Position numbers and translations under genes: made by a program | Notes under the pieces: generated by a model | What the model saw: only the letters and a program-made list of their open reading frames with translations | The model's database searches: none | What the model was told of the DNA's origin: nothing | From: Bilabrum cf. latius | Lineage: Eukaryota | Direction of reading: 5' to 3' | Assembly: GCA_965178125.1 (NCBI GenBank) | Contig: OZ237767.1 | Location: 124,001-188,000 of the forward strand | Length of the DNA stretch: 64,000 nt | In this document: positions 23,317 to 35,700 of the stretch, in pieces | Numbering within the stretch: the first letter of the stretch is position 1 | How the letters are laid out: each line of letters begins with the position of its first letter

Positions 23317-26109
23317 ATGGGAGGAACAAATGATGATGTGTAGACGGATGCTGGAGGCACGGAAAAGGAGCCCGGCGCGGAGACACCAGTCTGGCAGAAA
23401 GCCTTGAGCGTAGTCATTGGGACAATTATCAGCTCTATAATTTATCTTATCTTCATGCTAACTGTTCTGTATCAGAGCACCACTTCCGGGGTCCCTGTAA
23501 ATCCCAACGAGTGGAAGGTCGAGGTACAGGGCTGGTCATGGATTGTCGGACTGTGCATTTTCCTGGCTCTATTTGTATTTCCATTGTCGTTGCTTGGCGT
23601 TCAATCGAAATCCTCCAGTGGCTGGACACCGTTGGTTAATGAGTACTCAGGGTGGCTGTACGCGTTCATCGGGGTTCTACTAGTGATCCAGCTGGCGACC
23701 ATTTACTACGCTTACTTGCGACCAGAGCTACGGAAGGTGCGAAAATTGGACGCGCGATTCAGGTATGGTCGATGCTTCAACGGGGCGTGCGGCTGCCACC
23801 GAGGGTTCTGGCGAAGAGACGGGAGAGGCATCCGGAGGCGGGGGGTCACCGGCGGCAAGCGAGCAGCCGGACTCGGAGAGGCGGCTTCACGAGGTGATTG
23901 GCAGTCTGCAACTTCTTCAGGAAGGGATACCGTGCCTGGGTCTTAGAAGTCGAGTGCGTCGAAAGGGCCGCCAAGTATTCCTCCTGTAGCAGCAACGACG
24001 AACTCACGTGACGCGAGCACAGCCGTTCCGTCGGTCCATGATGCAGTCGGATCAAGGCGATTCTTGATCGTAGGAAGAACGGACCAATCGCCTACATCAG
24101 CAATAGATAACTTGCCTTAGGTCTAGACCTCATCAGACGTATCGAGCCCACCGGGTGCCCCATGCGAGGACCCATCGGACCAGGATGCCCGAAGTGCCGG
24201 GGGTGGTGCTCAGGAAAGTCGCCCGTCGAGGCGCCTGTCCTCGCAGTCTCGGCTGCTGCTCAAGTCCAGTCGACATCTCTTTCCACCGACTAGTGGATCG
24301 CGATTGAATAAGGATGCATGCGAGGGCGAGGAAACCACACAGAACAAGTGCGCCGGTCCGAACCGGACAGAGACCTCCCCCCGCAGCAGCAGCAGGCAAC
24401 TGCGGCGGCAGGCCAGGTCAGCTAGCAACGTGTTGGTCGTGCTCACTGCAGCAAGCATTAGCGATGCCCGGGTACAGACATCTAAACTCCATAAGTGTCA
24501 CGAGGCTGCGCCCACCTCCATGCCTGCCCTCAAGTCCCCCGATTCAAGCTGTGGGAGAGGCATCAACGTGTCACTGTCCCCCGCCGCCGATGAGATCGCC
24601 GCAGGGCCCGGGCGCGCTCAAAATGATACCGCGGCAGTGCCACCTGCCAGTGGCAACTTGCATGATAGTGATGCGCATTCCACACACAGAACCAGTGGTG
24701 ATGCTGCTTCCGATTCCGATTCCGAGGACGAGGATCTGCCCGACGAAGGTGGGGGCAGCAGCGTTGAATCCAGCAACCACTCGTCGCCGATGGGCAGCTC
24801 GACCCGAGAAGATGTGCAACGCGACTCAGTGCCGGTCTTTCAGCTGCAACGAACTGAAAACCCGTTGCTAGCTCAAGCTGGTCCCGGTACCAAGGCGAGT
24901 CTTGAGTGCAAAGAGTTCCCACCAAAGGCGAGCGAGCGGTTGCAGTACATATCAAAGCAACCTCGCAAGAGCATGTTTGCTCTCAACGGCGGCAGCTACC
25001 TCGCATTGGTAGGCGACCCATCTACCCGAAGAGTTGATATCTACCGTGAAGCAGACGCCGGCGCACCGCCCGTCGCGCCGTGCTGCCCCAACCCAGGCGG
25101 AGTATCCGTTTCAGAAGTGCCACTTTCGCAAGGCGGCAACCGCACCGATATCCAGTCGGGCAAGCGGAAGCCCCCTCGCTGGGTGGAGCTGAGGTATGCG
25201 GACGGCAGCACCCCTTGCATGGTGTGCCCGTGCAGCCTGGCGCTCTGGAGGAACTGGCTCATGATCGGCATTGCCAGTCTGGAGCTGCTGCAGCTTACTT
25301 CGCTGGGGCTCAACTGTGCACCTGAGCTGCTTGACAGCCTGGGCGAGACATTACCACCTGAAGTGCTAGAGTTGCCCCGGAAAGCGGCCGACGTGTTCTT
25401 CCAGCTGGGAGGGGGTGGAGACGGCGATCCAACGTTCGTGCCGTTCGTTGGTAGCGTGACCTTTTCTGGAATGTACGTGATCATCTCCGGTATGTTCATC
25501 GCACTTGACCTAGGCCTTGATTCGTTCGTGGCCCCGCTGCTCTTCTCCCTGTTTGCTGGCGGATTCTACGTGACAGTGACTGCCACCCTACTGTTTGTGA
25601 TCGCGAATACGGAGCGGAGAGCGGAGGCAATTGCGTGCGCCGTGTGCCTGCTCTACTACAGCAGCACGGCGGTGTTCATGTCCATCTACAGGGGTGATGG
25701 CGGTGCGATGGGGTCTCACGTCGCGGCTCAGGTGTCAACCATCCCGCTGTTTCTTGCCGTTGAGCGTGTGCTGAAGGGGGTGTTGTCGTCGGCATACGTG
25801 CTGATTGAAGATGATCTTGCTCGCTCCGCTGCCGTTGTGGCCATTCTGACCTTGCACCTTGGAGTGATGGTCTCGCAGCGGCCAGTATCCAAAGCCTCCA
25901 TGTCCGCGATCCGCATCGGAACCGGCATGGTCGGATGGTGGGCAGCGGTCGTTGGTCTAGTCAGCGTGGTGGGCTAGGGCTCAATCAGTGCCATGTTTCT
26001 GGCTGGCACGCTGGTTGCGGGTTGGATGGTTGTGGTGCTGAGTATCGCAGTGTGGCTGGGGGTGAGCTGCGGCCACACGAGGGACGTTTTGTTGCCTCTG
26101 CCACTGTGA
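23317..26109 (+). CDS. Uncharacterised multi-pass membrane protein, paralog 1 (~930 aa; N-terminal TM bundle, long disordered linker, C-terminal TM bundle); five in-frame TAGs; 3' end uncertain
   Basis: Single frame joined across TAGs at 23341, 23944, 24118, 24124 and 25975. Both TM blocks are homologous to the minus-strand gene at 26429-30271. Confidence 0.75.
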
Positions 26110-26428
26110 CATGTCGCACGGAAGCGAATTTAGTAGCTACCGTAGTAGAGGCCGACGAAGTCGTCCTGGGTATGTTAACACGCAAATTAGTTACATCAGT
26201 TACATCAGGTGGCTCCGAGTGCCACCGCTACCCTCGCTGGGCGGGCCTGTGGCCCCCCTTCAACGATGTAGGTTGCACTCGGTTTAGCCTAACAGGTACT
26301 ACCCCAGATGGCTGATTGTGACTGCTAATTAGTGGATCTAATAAAGTTACGCTGACATGAAATCGAGCAAATACACAATCTGGATCATTTGGACAGACCG
26401 TAGCGGCCTGACACGGGATCCGCCTTTG

Positions 26429-29400
26429 TCACACCATGTGAGCCTTGGACTCGCTCTCTCTCTCGCAGATCTATGAGGAATTGCCCCCGGGTGATCCCAC
26501 AGGGACAACAGCGGATATCTTGATGCTGTTGCTTCGATGCACGGAGTTGGTCGAGTTGAAGCCACCAGCATCTTGCTGATCCTTGGTTTGGTCTGTTCTA
26601 GACCTGCGTGTACCGAAGTCATCCAGCTCAACTTCTGCATGCCGCACCACCACACAGACTGTACTGCAGTGGCCGCAACTTACTCCCACCCAGGACCACA
26701 CCGCAATGCATGCCAGACCCCACCCAGCGACAAGCATCCACGCAAGCTAAGCACCCGTCAGATTAGTGCCGGCCACTGCTAGCAGGGCGCATGTTGCTGC
26801 CCAGAGCCCCATTCCTATACCAGCAAGTCGCGCCGCGCTGAGAGCATGCACCGACGTTGGACGAAACACAGCGAATAACAGGAAATATAGACCAATGATG
26901 GATGTCACAGCTGCAGACCGTGCCATATCATTGGCAATCAGCACGTACGCGGAAGCCAGGGCCCCCTTCAGCACACGTTCAACGGCTAGAAACAGAGGGA
27001 TAGTTGACACCTGTGCCGCAGCATGAGCGCCCACAGCGCTCGCATCCCCCCTGTAGATCGACATGAACACCGCCGTGCTGCTGTAATACACGAGACACAC
27101 GGCACACGCGATTGCCTCCCCACGATCCGCAGTGTTTGCGATCACGAACAGCAGGGTCGATGTGACCGTCACGTACAATCCGCCCGCAAACAGCGAGAAG
27201 AGCAGCGGGGCCACAAACGAATCAAGGCCTAGGTCAAGTGCGATAAACAGACCGGCAAGAAGTACGTACACGCTGCAGAACGAGACGCACACTCGGAATG
27301 GTAGTGAAGTCTCGCTGCCTCCGTCACCCCCCAGCTCGCTCCCAAGCTTGAACAGCACGTCTGCAGAGTCAGCCACAAACTCAGCCAGCTCCGCCGGAAT
27401 GATCCCCCGCAGGTGCATGAGCAGCTCTGGGGAAGAATTCATGCCCATGGACACGAGCTGCAGCAGCTCCAGACCGGCGATGCCGATCATGAGCCAGTTC
27501 CTCCAGAGCGCCAGGCTACACGGGCACACCAAGCAAGGGGTGCTGCCGTCCGCATACCTCAGCTCCACCCAGCGAGGGGGGGTGCCTCTGCCGTGTCCTG
27601 CAGTAGAGGCAATACCATGGCCATTAATATCGACACGAGACAGAACTGGCTCATGCGTTGGTCTTGACGACTCCAGCACTACTGTGGCTTCAACGCAGCA
27701 CCATCTGCAGACAGGCAGCCTCAAGCAAGTCCAACACGATAGCGGTGGAACTTTCGAGTCCATACCTCGATACATATCCACCACATTCGAGATTGATGCA
27801 GGCTGAGCGCCAGAGCTCGAGCCGTCCTCCGTACCAGCGGTGCTGTTGGTGATCGAGTGGTGGCTGGCAGTCGATGCTCGCATGGACACTGGCACAGGGG
27901 CAGGAGCAGGAGCAGCCATGGGTCCTTCGACAGGCTCTCTCGCCTTTAAAACAGAGCTGTGACCCGATGCAACAGTCAGTGCTTGGCCAGTTCCGGAGTG
28001 TCTGCTGCTAGGTATGATCAGCGGTGGCCGTAGTGCATAGAACGGCTGCTCGTCCGGAAGATCAGCGGCTAGGCACATCTGCTGCACCTGATCCTGGTCT
28101 TGCTGCAGCTATACAGATGCAGCAAGACTATTCTGAGTTGTTTGTGGTAAGATTAGATCTTGAGACGCACCCATAATATTGCAGTGCGGCCCCCCCAAGC
28201 TGGCCTGGGGCTGGGCATGATACCCCGGTTCTAGCCCAAGCCCCATCTCTGAGTCGCTGGCGCCAACTTCCTCTTCCTCGTGCAGCTCTCCCGGTATGGG
28301 CGTGGCCGGCTCGTGTATGTCACCTGTTTCGATGCGCTGGCTATGGGTAGGCACTGGTAGGTGAGTCGTGCCAATGCGGCTATCGCTGGCAACTGGAGTT
28401 GGAGTGCCATGCACCACGGATAGATTGCCTCGCATCTGGTTGCTCGGAGCAGGGGATTCCAGGGCTATCTTCAGGCCTACATCGCCGGTTGGAGATCCAT
28501 TTTCTTCTGTGCCGGGATTGCCTTGAGCTACATTGTCTGTGACTGGGCTAGCACCTGGCACTGAAACATGAGCGTGGCCGCGGCCTCGCGTGCTGCCATC
28601 TTGACTTTGCATGCGCCTATGCGATTCCACAGTCATCAATACTTGAGTACCTGCCATCCGTTTGGGAGTGGTTTCTCGCTACACCTTTAGAACTGCGTGT
28701 CCCGATTTCGGTTGCAGGGCGGTGACAGGTAGTGTCCGGCAGCTGGCAACAGATCCACGTAAAATCGAATGTCTGGGCACTTGCCGAAGGTGTTGCCGCT
28801 GGATGTCTGCCTCCCTGTTGCTACCGATGTGGCGACTAGAATGAGCCATCGTGCTAGTCACACCAGCACCAGCAAATGGCTTGCGCTTGTCTCGTTTGAC
28901 CCGCACGCCGTGAAAACCGACTGCTGACAGCAGTCGGGGGATCACGCTTCCGGAGTCATTGGAGCCAGATGATAGTATTCTATTGCGGTGCAGAGAGGGC
29001 AACGGAGCTACACCGTCATCTCCCAGCGGCTCGGTGGGTCGTGCACCTGCATCGTTGTGTTGCGATCGGTGTCCAAAGGGTCCTCGCTAGTTGTGGTCAT
29101 GTGCTGTGGCAGTCGGTTGTTGAGAGGTGGATGTGCCGCTCGCATTACTCGTGGATGTCGCGTGTGCCAGCACCATCACCGAAGTGGACCCCTGCTACGG
29201 CTGTGCATCCTCAGATTGGCGGATCTTTGATCCTGTTCGGACTCGTGCGTCGTCGGGGTGCTCATGCACTTGAGGCAGTGCACCCGCCCCTGTCGGTGTC
29301 GGTGGAGCATCCTTGGCAAGCCTGCTGCTGCTGCTGCTGCTGCTTGCCGAATGCGGGGCCACTGCTGTGGCTCCTCTCTGCGTGTCTATTTCTTCACTCG

Positions 29401-30271
29401 TCACACCTTCAGCTGCGCTACGACTCGCCAACGCGACTGCGTCTTGCCCGCTCTCCTGTGCTGGTATGTCGCCGCGTCCGGTGCTGTTTGCAGTGAAATC
29501 ATCACACTTCTGAGGTATGCTACCAGTCGCACGGGTGCTGACTCGACTTGTCACACCGTCTCGCCTCCAAAAGCCCCGGTTACACGGGCACAGGGATGCA
29601 GGGCACCTGCCATACCGAAACCGAGCATCCAACTGCAGCACCAGCCCTAGGTCCTTCCGCAGATAAGCGTAGTAAATCGTCGCTAGCTGCACCAAAAAGA
29701 TGCAGAATACAAACGCGTACAAAGCAACCACCCAATCGCCCTCTAGTGCGGAGTCGCCAGTCTGCGCCAGGGTGTGATTCGCTTGCGAGCCCATGGTGCG
29801 GTTTCCGGCGTGATCAGCCCCAGCCGCCGCGTCCGAGTCGATGATTGCTGGCGCTGCAGGGCTTGTGAGCAATAAAATCGGCGATGCGAGCAGAACCAAA
29901 AAGACAGCTAGAGCCGCAAGCCATGAGTTGCACGAGAGCTCCTCCTGCCACTGATTCGTGTCCACCGGCCAGCCCTGCCAAATGCTTTGTGCCAATACCG
30001 CTAGCATGAATAATTGGTATATCACTGCTGATATCACTGTACCAATCGCCAGACCAAGCGACTGTCCCATAATACTCAGACACGAGCTCGTTGGGTCGAG
30101 GTCCTGCTAGCCAGCATCAACACCCCTCCGGGATACACCCCGGGGGAGAGACGCACATGCTGAACTAGCGCTGGCGTCAATTCTTTCGCTGCAATTGGTA
30201 TTTTCATGTCTATGGGTCTCCAGATGCGCAGCGTCACACAGTGCATCATCTTTTGGTGTTGCTTGCTACAT
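26429..30271 (-). CDS. Uncharacterised multi-pass membrane protein, paralog 2 (~1280 aa); eight in-frame TAGs; termini approximate
   Basis: Five supplied minus-strand ORFs (30070, 29002, 28657, 28087, 26737) are all in one frame and all end in TAG. Shares QLATIYYAYLR..LDARFRYGRC and PPRWVELRYADGSTPC.VCPCSLALWRNWLMIGIA with paralog 1. Confidence 0.75.
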
Positions 30272-30779
30272 TGCAAGTCAGCACTCAGTTAGGCTACTGC
30301 TACTAACAGCTGCAGTGTATCTAAGTGTTGAAATAACACTGCACGAAGCTGCGCAACGCGCCTCGAGTTTTACCAACAACAGAATCCTCAAACCAATGAA
30401 CACGTCACCAAGGCGCGATATGCTTCGCAGCGTCCACCACGTACCAGCGTGCTAAGGCAGCGATATCACCACGCACAAACACTTCTATATCTCAATGTTT
30501 ATGTGGAAGCGTCCAAAGTCGCGATTTCTGCGGAACACTGCTAAAGAGGAGCCTGATAAACGGACGGAGAGTTGCTGTTGGAACAAATCTTCTTCTTCGA
30601 AATTTGACATGGTCGCAAAATCCTTCATTCCCATGAGCATGTGTAGAGACATGTCGGACGTGTATCAGTGGCATGTCTTAAGATGGCAATGCATCACTGC
30701 CATGCCTAGCCGCCCATGGGTATACCCCGACGAAACCGTTGCGCACACCACCCGATTTGATATGTGACGCCAAAAATCC

Positions 30780-31017
30780 CCCCAATCTGGTTCACCTGTA
30801 CGCCTTCCTCTCAAGCAGCCCCAATCTGGTTCACCTGTACGCCTTCCTCTCGAGCAGCCCCAATCTGGTTCACCTGTACGCCTTCCTCTCAAGCAGCCCC
30901 AATCTGGTTCACCTGTACGCCTTCCTCTCAAGCAGCCCCAATCTGGTTCACCTGTACGCCTTCCTCTCAAGCAGCCCCAATCTGGTTCACCTGTACGCCT
31001 TCCTCTCGAGCAGCCCC
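30780..31017. repeat. 39-bp tandem repeat, six copies, covering the last codons and stop of the SLC35A gene
   Basis: ccccaatctggttcacctgtacgccttcctctc(a/g)agcag x6. Confidence 0.95.
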
Positions 31018-32497
31018 TTGTCTTCCTCTTCTTCACCCTCCTCAACTGAGGCCCCCTGTCGCCTCGCCCGGTCACCGACGTCCACTCCGGCCGAGGCGCC
31101 GCCACTATTTCCACGGCTCGTCCCAGCGCCCTTGCTACCCCCCTCTACCATCTCAGTGCCGGTTGAGCCACCCCCGGCCTGTGCCTTGGGCTAGGCAGGC
31201 GGCTGAAAGTACGAGAAGCCGACAGTGGCGGCTAGGACGAAGAGCGTGCCTGCCGCGAACTTGCCAGAGGGCATGCCTCCCCTCCTGATTGCTGCGGTCA
31301 GGGCGGAGAGAAGGACGCTCATGCTGATCGAGAACCCTTTGGCCACGCTGGACGCGTATTTGACCACCATGGCCACCGCCAGTCCCCCTATGGATATGTC
31401 CATGACGACGCCCCACACGAGGGGGGTGAAGCCAGCTAGGAGCCCTCGCTCAGCGACCATTCGGAACTCTTCCGGCCGGAACAGTATCCCACAGGTGCCG
31501 AATATGATTCCGAATAGCGCCAGCTGCACATTTCTCGTCCACAGGCCTGTGTTTCCGCCCTTGATAACCTTCTCGAAGTACACGCCCGCGAACCCGCTGA
31601 GTGTTGTCGCGGCCATGACGGCGAGGAAGCCCACCCACTGCCTCGACAGGCCCATCGTCCCGCTCATGTCGCCCTCATCGTCCGTAGATTCACCACCGAG
31701 AGAAGACACCCCGGCATTGGCCTCCTGACGGGCCTCCTCGGCGGCTCTCGTGGCGTCCTCTCCGATGCCTTCGGGGGTATCTGGCAGTCCAGCCGATGCG
31801 TCCCCTGCTTCCAGCTCGGCGGGTATGCCGTCCTTGGTTGCTCGCTCCAATGCATCTGCTTCGATGTTCCCCAGCTGTACTAGCGCGACTCCGGCTGTGA
31901 GCAGGACTAGGCAGCCCCATTGGATGGCGCTCAGCGTGCGTCCGAGCATGGTGACGGAGAATACCGCCGTGGTGAGGATCTTGGCCTGGTACAAAACCTG
32001 CACGATCGGAGCGTCCAAGTACGTTACTGCAACGTACATTAAACTATTCTGCGGTATTTGAGCGTGATAAGCACCAACATGAGGAGGGTTGGATGCCAAG
32101 CTGGAAACGTATTGATCGCCGCATGCAACATTGGGCCGCGACTGAGACAGATACACACGGGAGCTCAATCATGTATGTTTCTTACTTGCAATGTGTACAC
32201 CAAACCAGGCACTGCAATCTTCATGAGCTCCATTGGCTGCTCTACGATGTGCTCTCGCAAGGTCGCAATGGCCTTGCTCAGCGATGCACCGCACTCCAGC
32301 CAAAACACCAACCCGAGGGACAATACCAGCTTGATAATCTCTTGAAAAAGCACAGCTGCGCCTGTGCTGTACTCATCGGCGCCGCTCTCCCGACTTAACT
32401 TCATCAACAAGAATTGAGAATAGTTCTGGACCAACAAGACCATGAGACTGAATCTTCCCATCCAAGCTGCATCGCCCAATACAGACGACTGTGCCAT
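30987..32497 (-). CDS. SLC35A: Nucleotide-sugar transporter, SLC35A family (UDP-Gal/UDP-GlcNAc type). Exons 32497-32186 and 32048-30987; one in-frame TAG (31191) in the tail
   Basis: AVLFQEIIKL, IAVPGLVYTLQ|NSLMYVAVTYLDA, QVLYQAKILTTAVFS, SGFAGVYFEKVIK, LWTRNVQL, GGLAVAMVVKYA. GTAAG...CGCAG intron. With TAG read through it ends at TGA. Confidence 0.9.
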
Positions 32498-32716
32498 TGA
32501 GACTTAGAAGCGCTATTTGCTGCGCGATACTCAGTGAATAGCTTTGAACGGATCTGGATTTCTTGAACACCGGAACCGCCTTCAAGTTAGCAAAAATAGA
32601 GTATCTGTTCCCATTCATCAGGCAAGTGCGCGATACATTAACGTCCCTTACCCGGTAATATCAATTTTTTTAGCTCAAAATATCCTGACTGATCGGTTAA
32701 CTGCCCATACATTGTT

Positions 32717-35700
32717 ATGCGATAGGCGCGGCTCCAAGCAGATGGAGTTCCTCCATGGGTAGTGTAGCCACCACCGACGGACAAAAGCGCGCAGCGCACA
32801 ATCGATCAATGTTTGAATTCAAAATTGCAAAAATTCGCGTCGGGCAAGGTGCTAGCTGCCCAAGTCGCAAGTAAAGGAGCTACCGCGCTCCTGGCAACAT
32901 GCGGCTAGTGGGTGCAGCAGATCGAGCGATCGCACGGATGGGCCGCAAGGGCATTGCATCGCGGACGTTTTGTGCAAGCAGATGCCGACCACCTAAACAA
33001 AGCGCTTGGCCAGCTGAGTAACGCGGCATGGCGAGGCATCGGAGCTGCCGCGATGGAATACCCACAGCAAGCAGCCGAGCACCCCACACTCGGGGCAGCG
33101 GCACTCGCAACCAGAATGATAGCGGCTGATGGACAGGCTGCCTCTCAGGCAACGCACAGAACTGTGCATCAGCTCCTTATGGCCACTGCATCAGTCCAGA
33201 GACTCGCGCAGCAGCAGCACAGTAGCCCGGGGATGTTGGGAGCAGGAGGGGCTTCCATCGCGAGAGCCACAGCGGAACTTGTGCAATTGCGCGGCGCCAC
33301 TGCAAACTCGCTGGTCGATGCGGAACTCGCGACCGTGCGCGGCCTCCGAGTCGCGCGGGAGCTGGCCAGGCGGTGCAGGGAGGAGGCACTCTCGGTATCG
33401 AACCTGGGACTGGGCGGACGTAAAGCGGGCAGCAAGTCGGCGGCAAGAAGGCGGATGGCCGCGTTCAGGCTGGTGCTGAGCGGTTTCCTCGAAGCATCTG
33501 CCTCGCAGCTGGGGTGTCACCAGTCCGTGTCGGCGGCGCAGGCAGCTCGCATCATGCAGCAGGGGCGAAGGGCGGGTGCATCGCACGGTGCTGCACCGGA
33601 TGCGGACCGGGCAGAGCCTGGGAAAGGCGGTGTGGACGCCTTGTTCCGGTTTATGGCCGGCACCCACGACTCGCGCTCGCCGCCGCACGTGGGATCAGAC
33701 GCGGTGCGGGCCCTTCTGCGCGATGCCAGCGATTCGCACTCAGATTGCGTCCCAGAGGCCCTCGCGGTCGCCAGAGGCGCGCTTGGTTCGGCAGATCTTG
33801 CGCTGCAATGCGCTGCGTACGCGGGCTGTGACCTGTCGGAATCACTCGGAATAGATTCTCGGTCTGTGGCCAGGCTGGCAGGGCCAGCGTAGGTTCCGCT
33901 GCTGCTTGGCACCGCGCAATCGCTGGCCTCGACCGGGTGTCCGGCGCACGCGGCTGTTGCGGCCGCCGCAAGTGTGACGAGTGGCCTGGGTTGGGGCATA
34001 CCAGCCGCGACGCAAACGGTCCCAGCGGAGAAGGCAGGCACTGGCGAGGGCGCAACCAGAGGTCGGTCGAAGGATGGGCGGGGGACTAGCACGGGCACGG
34101 GCAGGGGCAGGGGCACGGTTAGGGGCAGGGGCAGAGGCAGAGGCAGAGGCGGGGGGGGAGGCAGGGGGGGACCTAAAGCACGGGACAGCCCAAGAAGAGG
34201 CATCGGCCTCAGGCATTAGCTCAAGGCGGAAGGCAGATCGAAGGAGAGCCAAGAGGCCGATACGGAGGAGACTGCAAGCACCGCCAGCACCTCAGCTCGG
34301 GACGGCGCTGTCAAGGACTCGGAGCGGATAATGTGGAGCTGCGGCCCCATCAGGGAACAAGCAGCCCGAATGCTGGGAGCTCTGGTGGGTGTGCTCGAGT
34401 CGCAGAGCAGTGCAATGCACCCCAAGGACGGCACTCAGCAGCAGCAGCAGCAGCCAGTCGTCGACCCCCTAAGAATGGTGGCAACCCTGCAGCTGCTGGG
34501 CTCGATCGATGCCAGGGCGGGCGGTGGTGCGAGAGGAGATGCAGGCAGGGTTAGCAAGAGAAAGGGGCAGCGTAAATCTAGGAGAGGCAGATCGGATCCA
34601 GTCAGGGAACAAAGTTCCAAGGCCTGGGATCTTGGCCTGACGCCGGCATCCCAAGCCGCCCCCCACCGCCCTAGACCACAGGTCCAGCACAAGCCAAGGC
34701 ACAGCCCCATTCCCACGGGATTCGAATTGAAATCAGAGTCGTCAGCAGCAGCTGCTGCAGCACGACCGGCCGCATCCCTTGCGTCAGGAGATGCTGCGGG
34801 GTCTAACACGCCGCTGCTGCTGGCGGACAGAGTGCCCACTGCATTCGCTTCGCTGCCGGTGCCATCCCCTTTGCCGTGCATTCGAGCCGAAGCAACCTTG
34901 CGAGCACACGGTGAAATGCATGGCAGTGCAAAGGGGGGGCATGGCTCTAAGCAGAAGGCCTTGGAGGAGGCAAGTCGGGGCAAGGCGTGGCCTGCAGTGA
35001 CCCTGGACGGCTGCAACGTCCTCGTTCTGCTCTGCGCAAAGGCCGGTATTCAGGTGCATTGCACGGCAATTGGGATGGAGGCTACCAAATAGCACGTAAT
35101 ATCGGCGATAAGTCAGACCGCAAGCAGGGAAGACTCTATGCCGGTGCTCGGCGCCAAGGCAAGCGCGGACCGTGGCAGCTCGCAGCCGGCAAAAGCGATT
35201 CAGAAGAGCAAAGCCAAAGGTGGATCGGGCGCCGGGTCCTCATCGAGTCGTTCTGGCCGGTCACACATGTCGTGGCAGGAGACCCAGAGACAGGGACAGA
35301 AGAGTAAAAACAGGAGGCTGCCGGGCTAGGTGACGGCTGCCCTGGCGCGGGCTCACGAGGGCCTCAAAACCAGCGGCCCCTGGCTGACAGCGGCTGCATC
35401 TGCCCTACGCTGCAACGTCCTCGCCGCCTGTTTGGCGGGTCATACCGGCGTGAGTCACGCACAGGTGGAAGGCATGGACCTGCTAGACAGGGGCGCAGCG
35501 ACGGCAATCAGGGGACTGTCCGTGCGTGCCGCCCTGGTGCTTGGGGGCCTGGCCTCTGCTTCCAGGCGGATGGCCAGCTAGCTGTAGCACCTCAAAGAAA
35601 TCTCGGCGCAGTGCCGCCGCTGCCGGCCTCTGAACCTGCTCATGGCAGGCTGCGACCGCTTCGCCGGGTCGGTCGAAGCCTCACTGCAGTGGATGAGCGC

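Noticed and set aside
6099-32497. Glycosylation gene cluster (mucin, TMEM260, GNPDA, SLC35A)
   Set aside because: The genes are interspersed with unrelated ones and do not form one pathway; proximity is probably chance.
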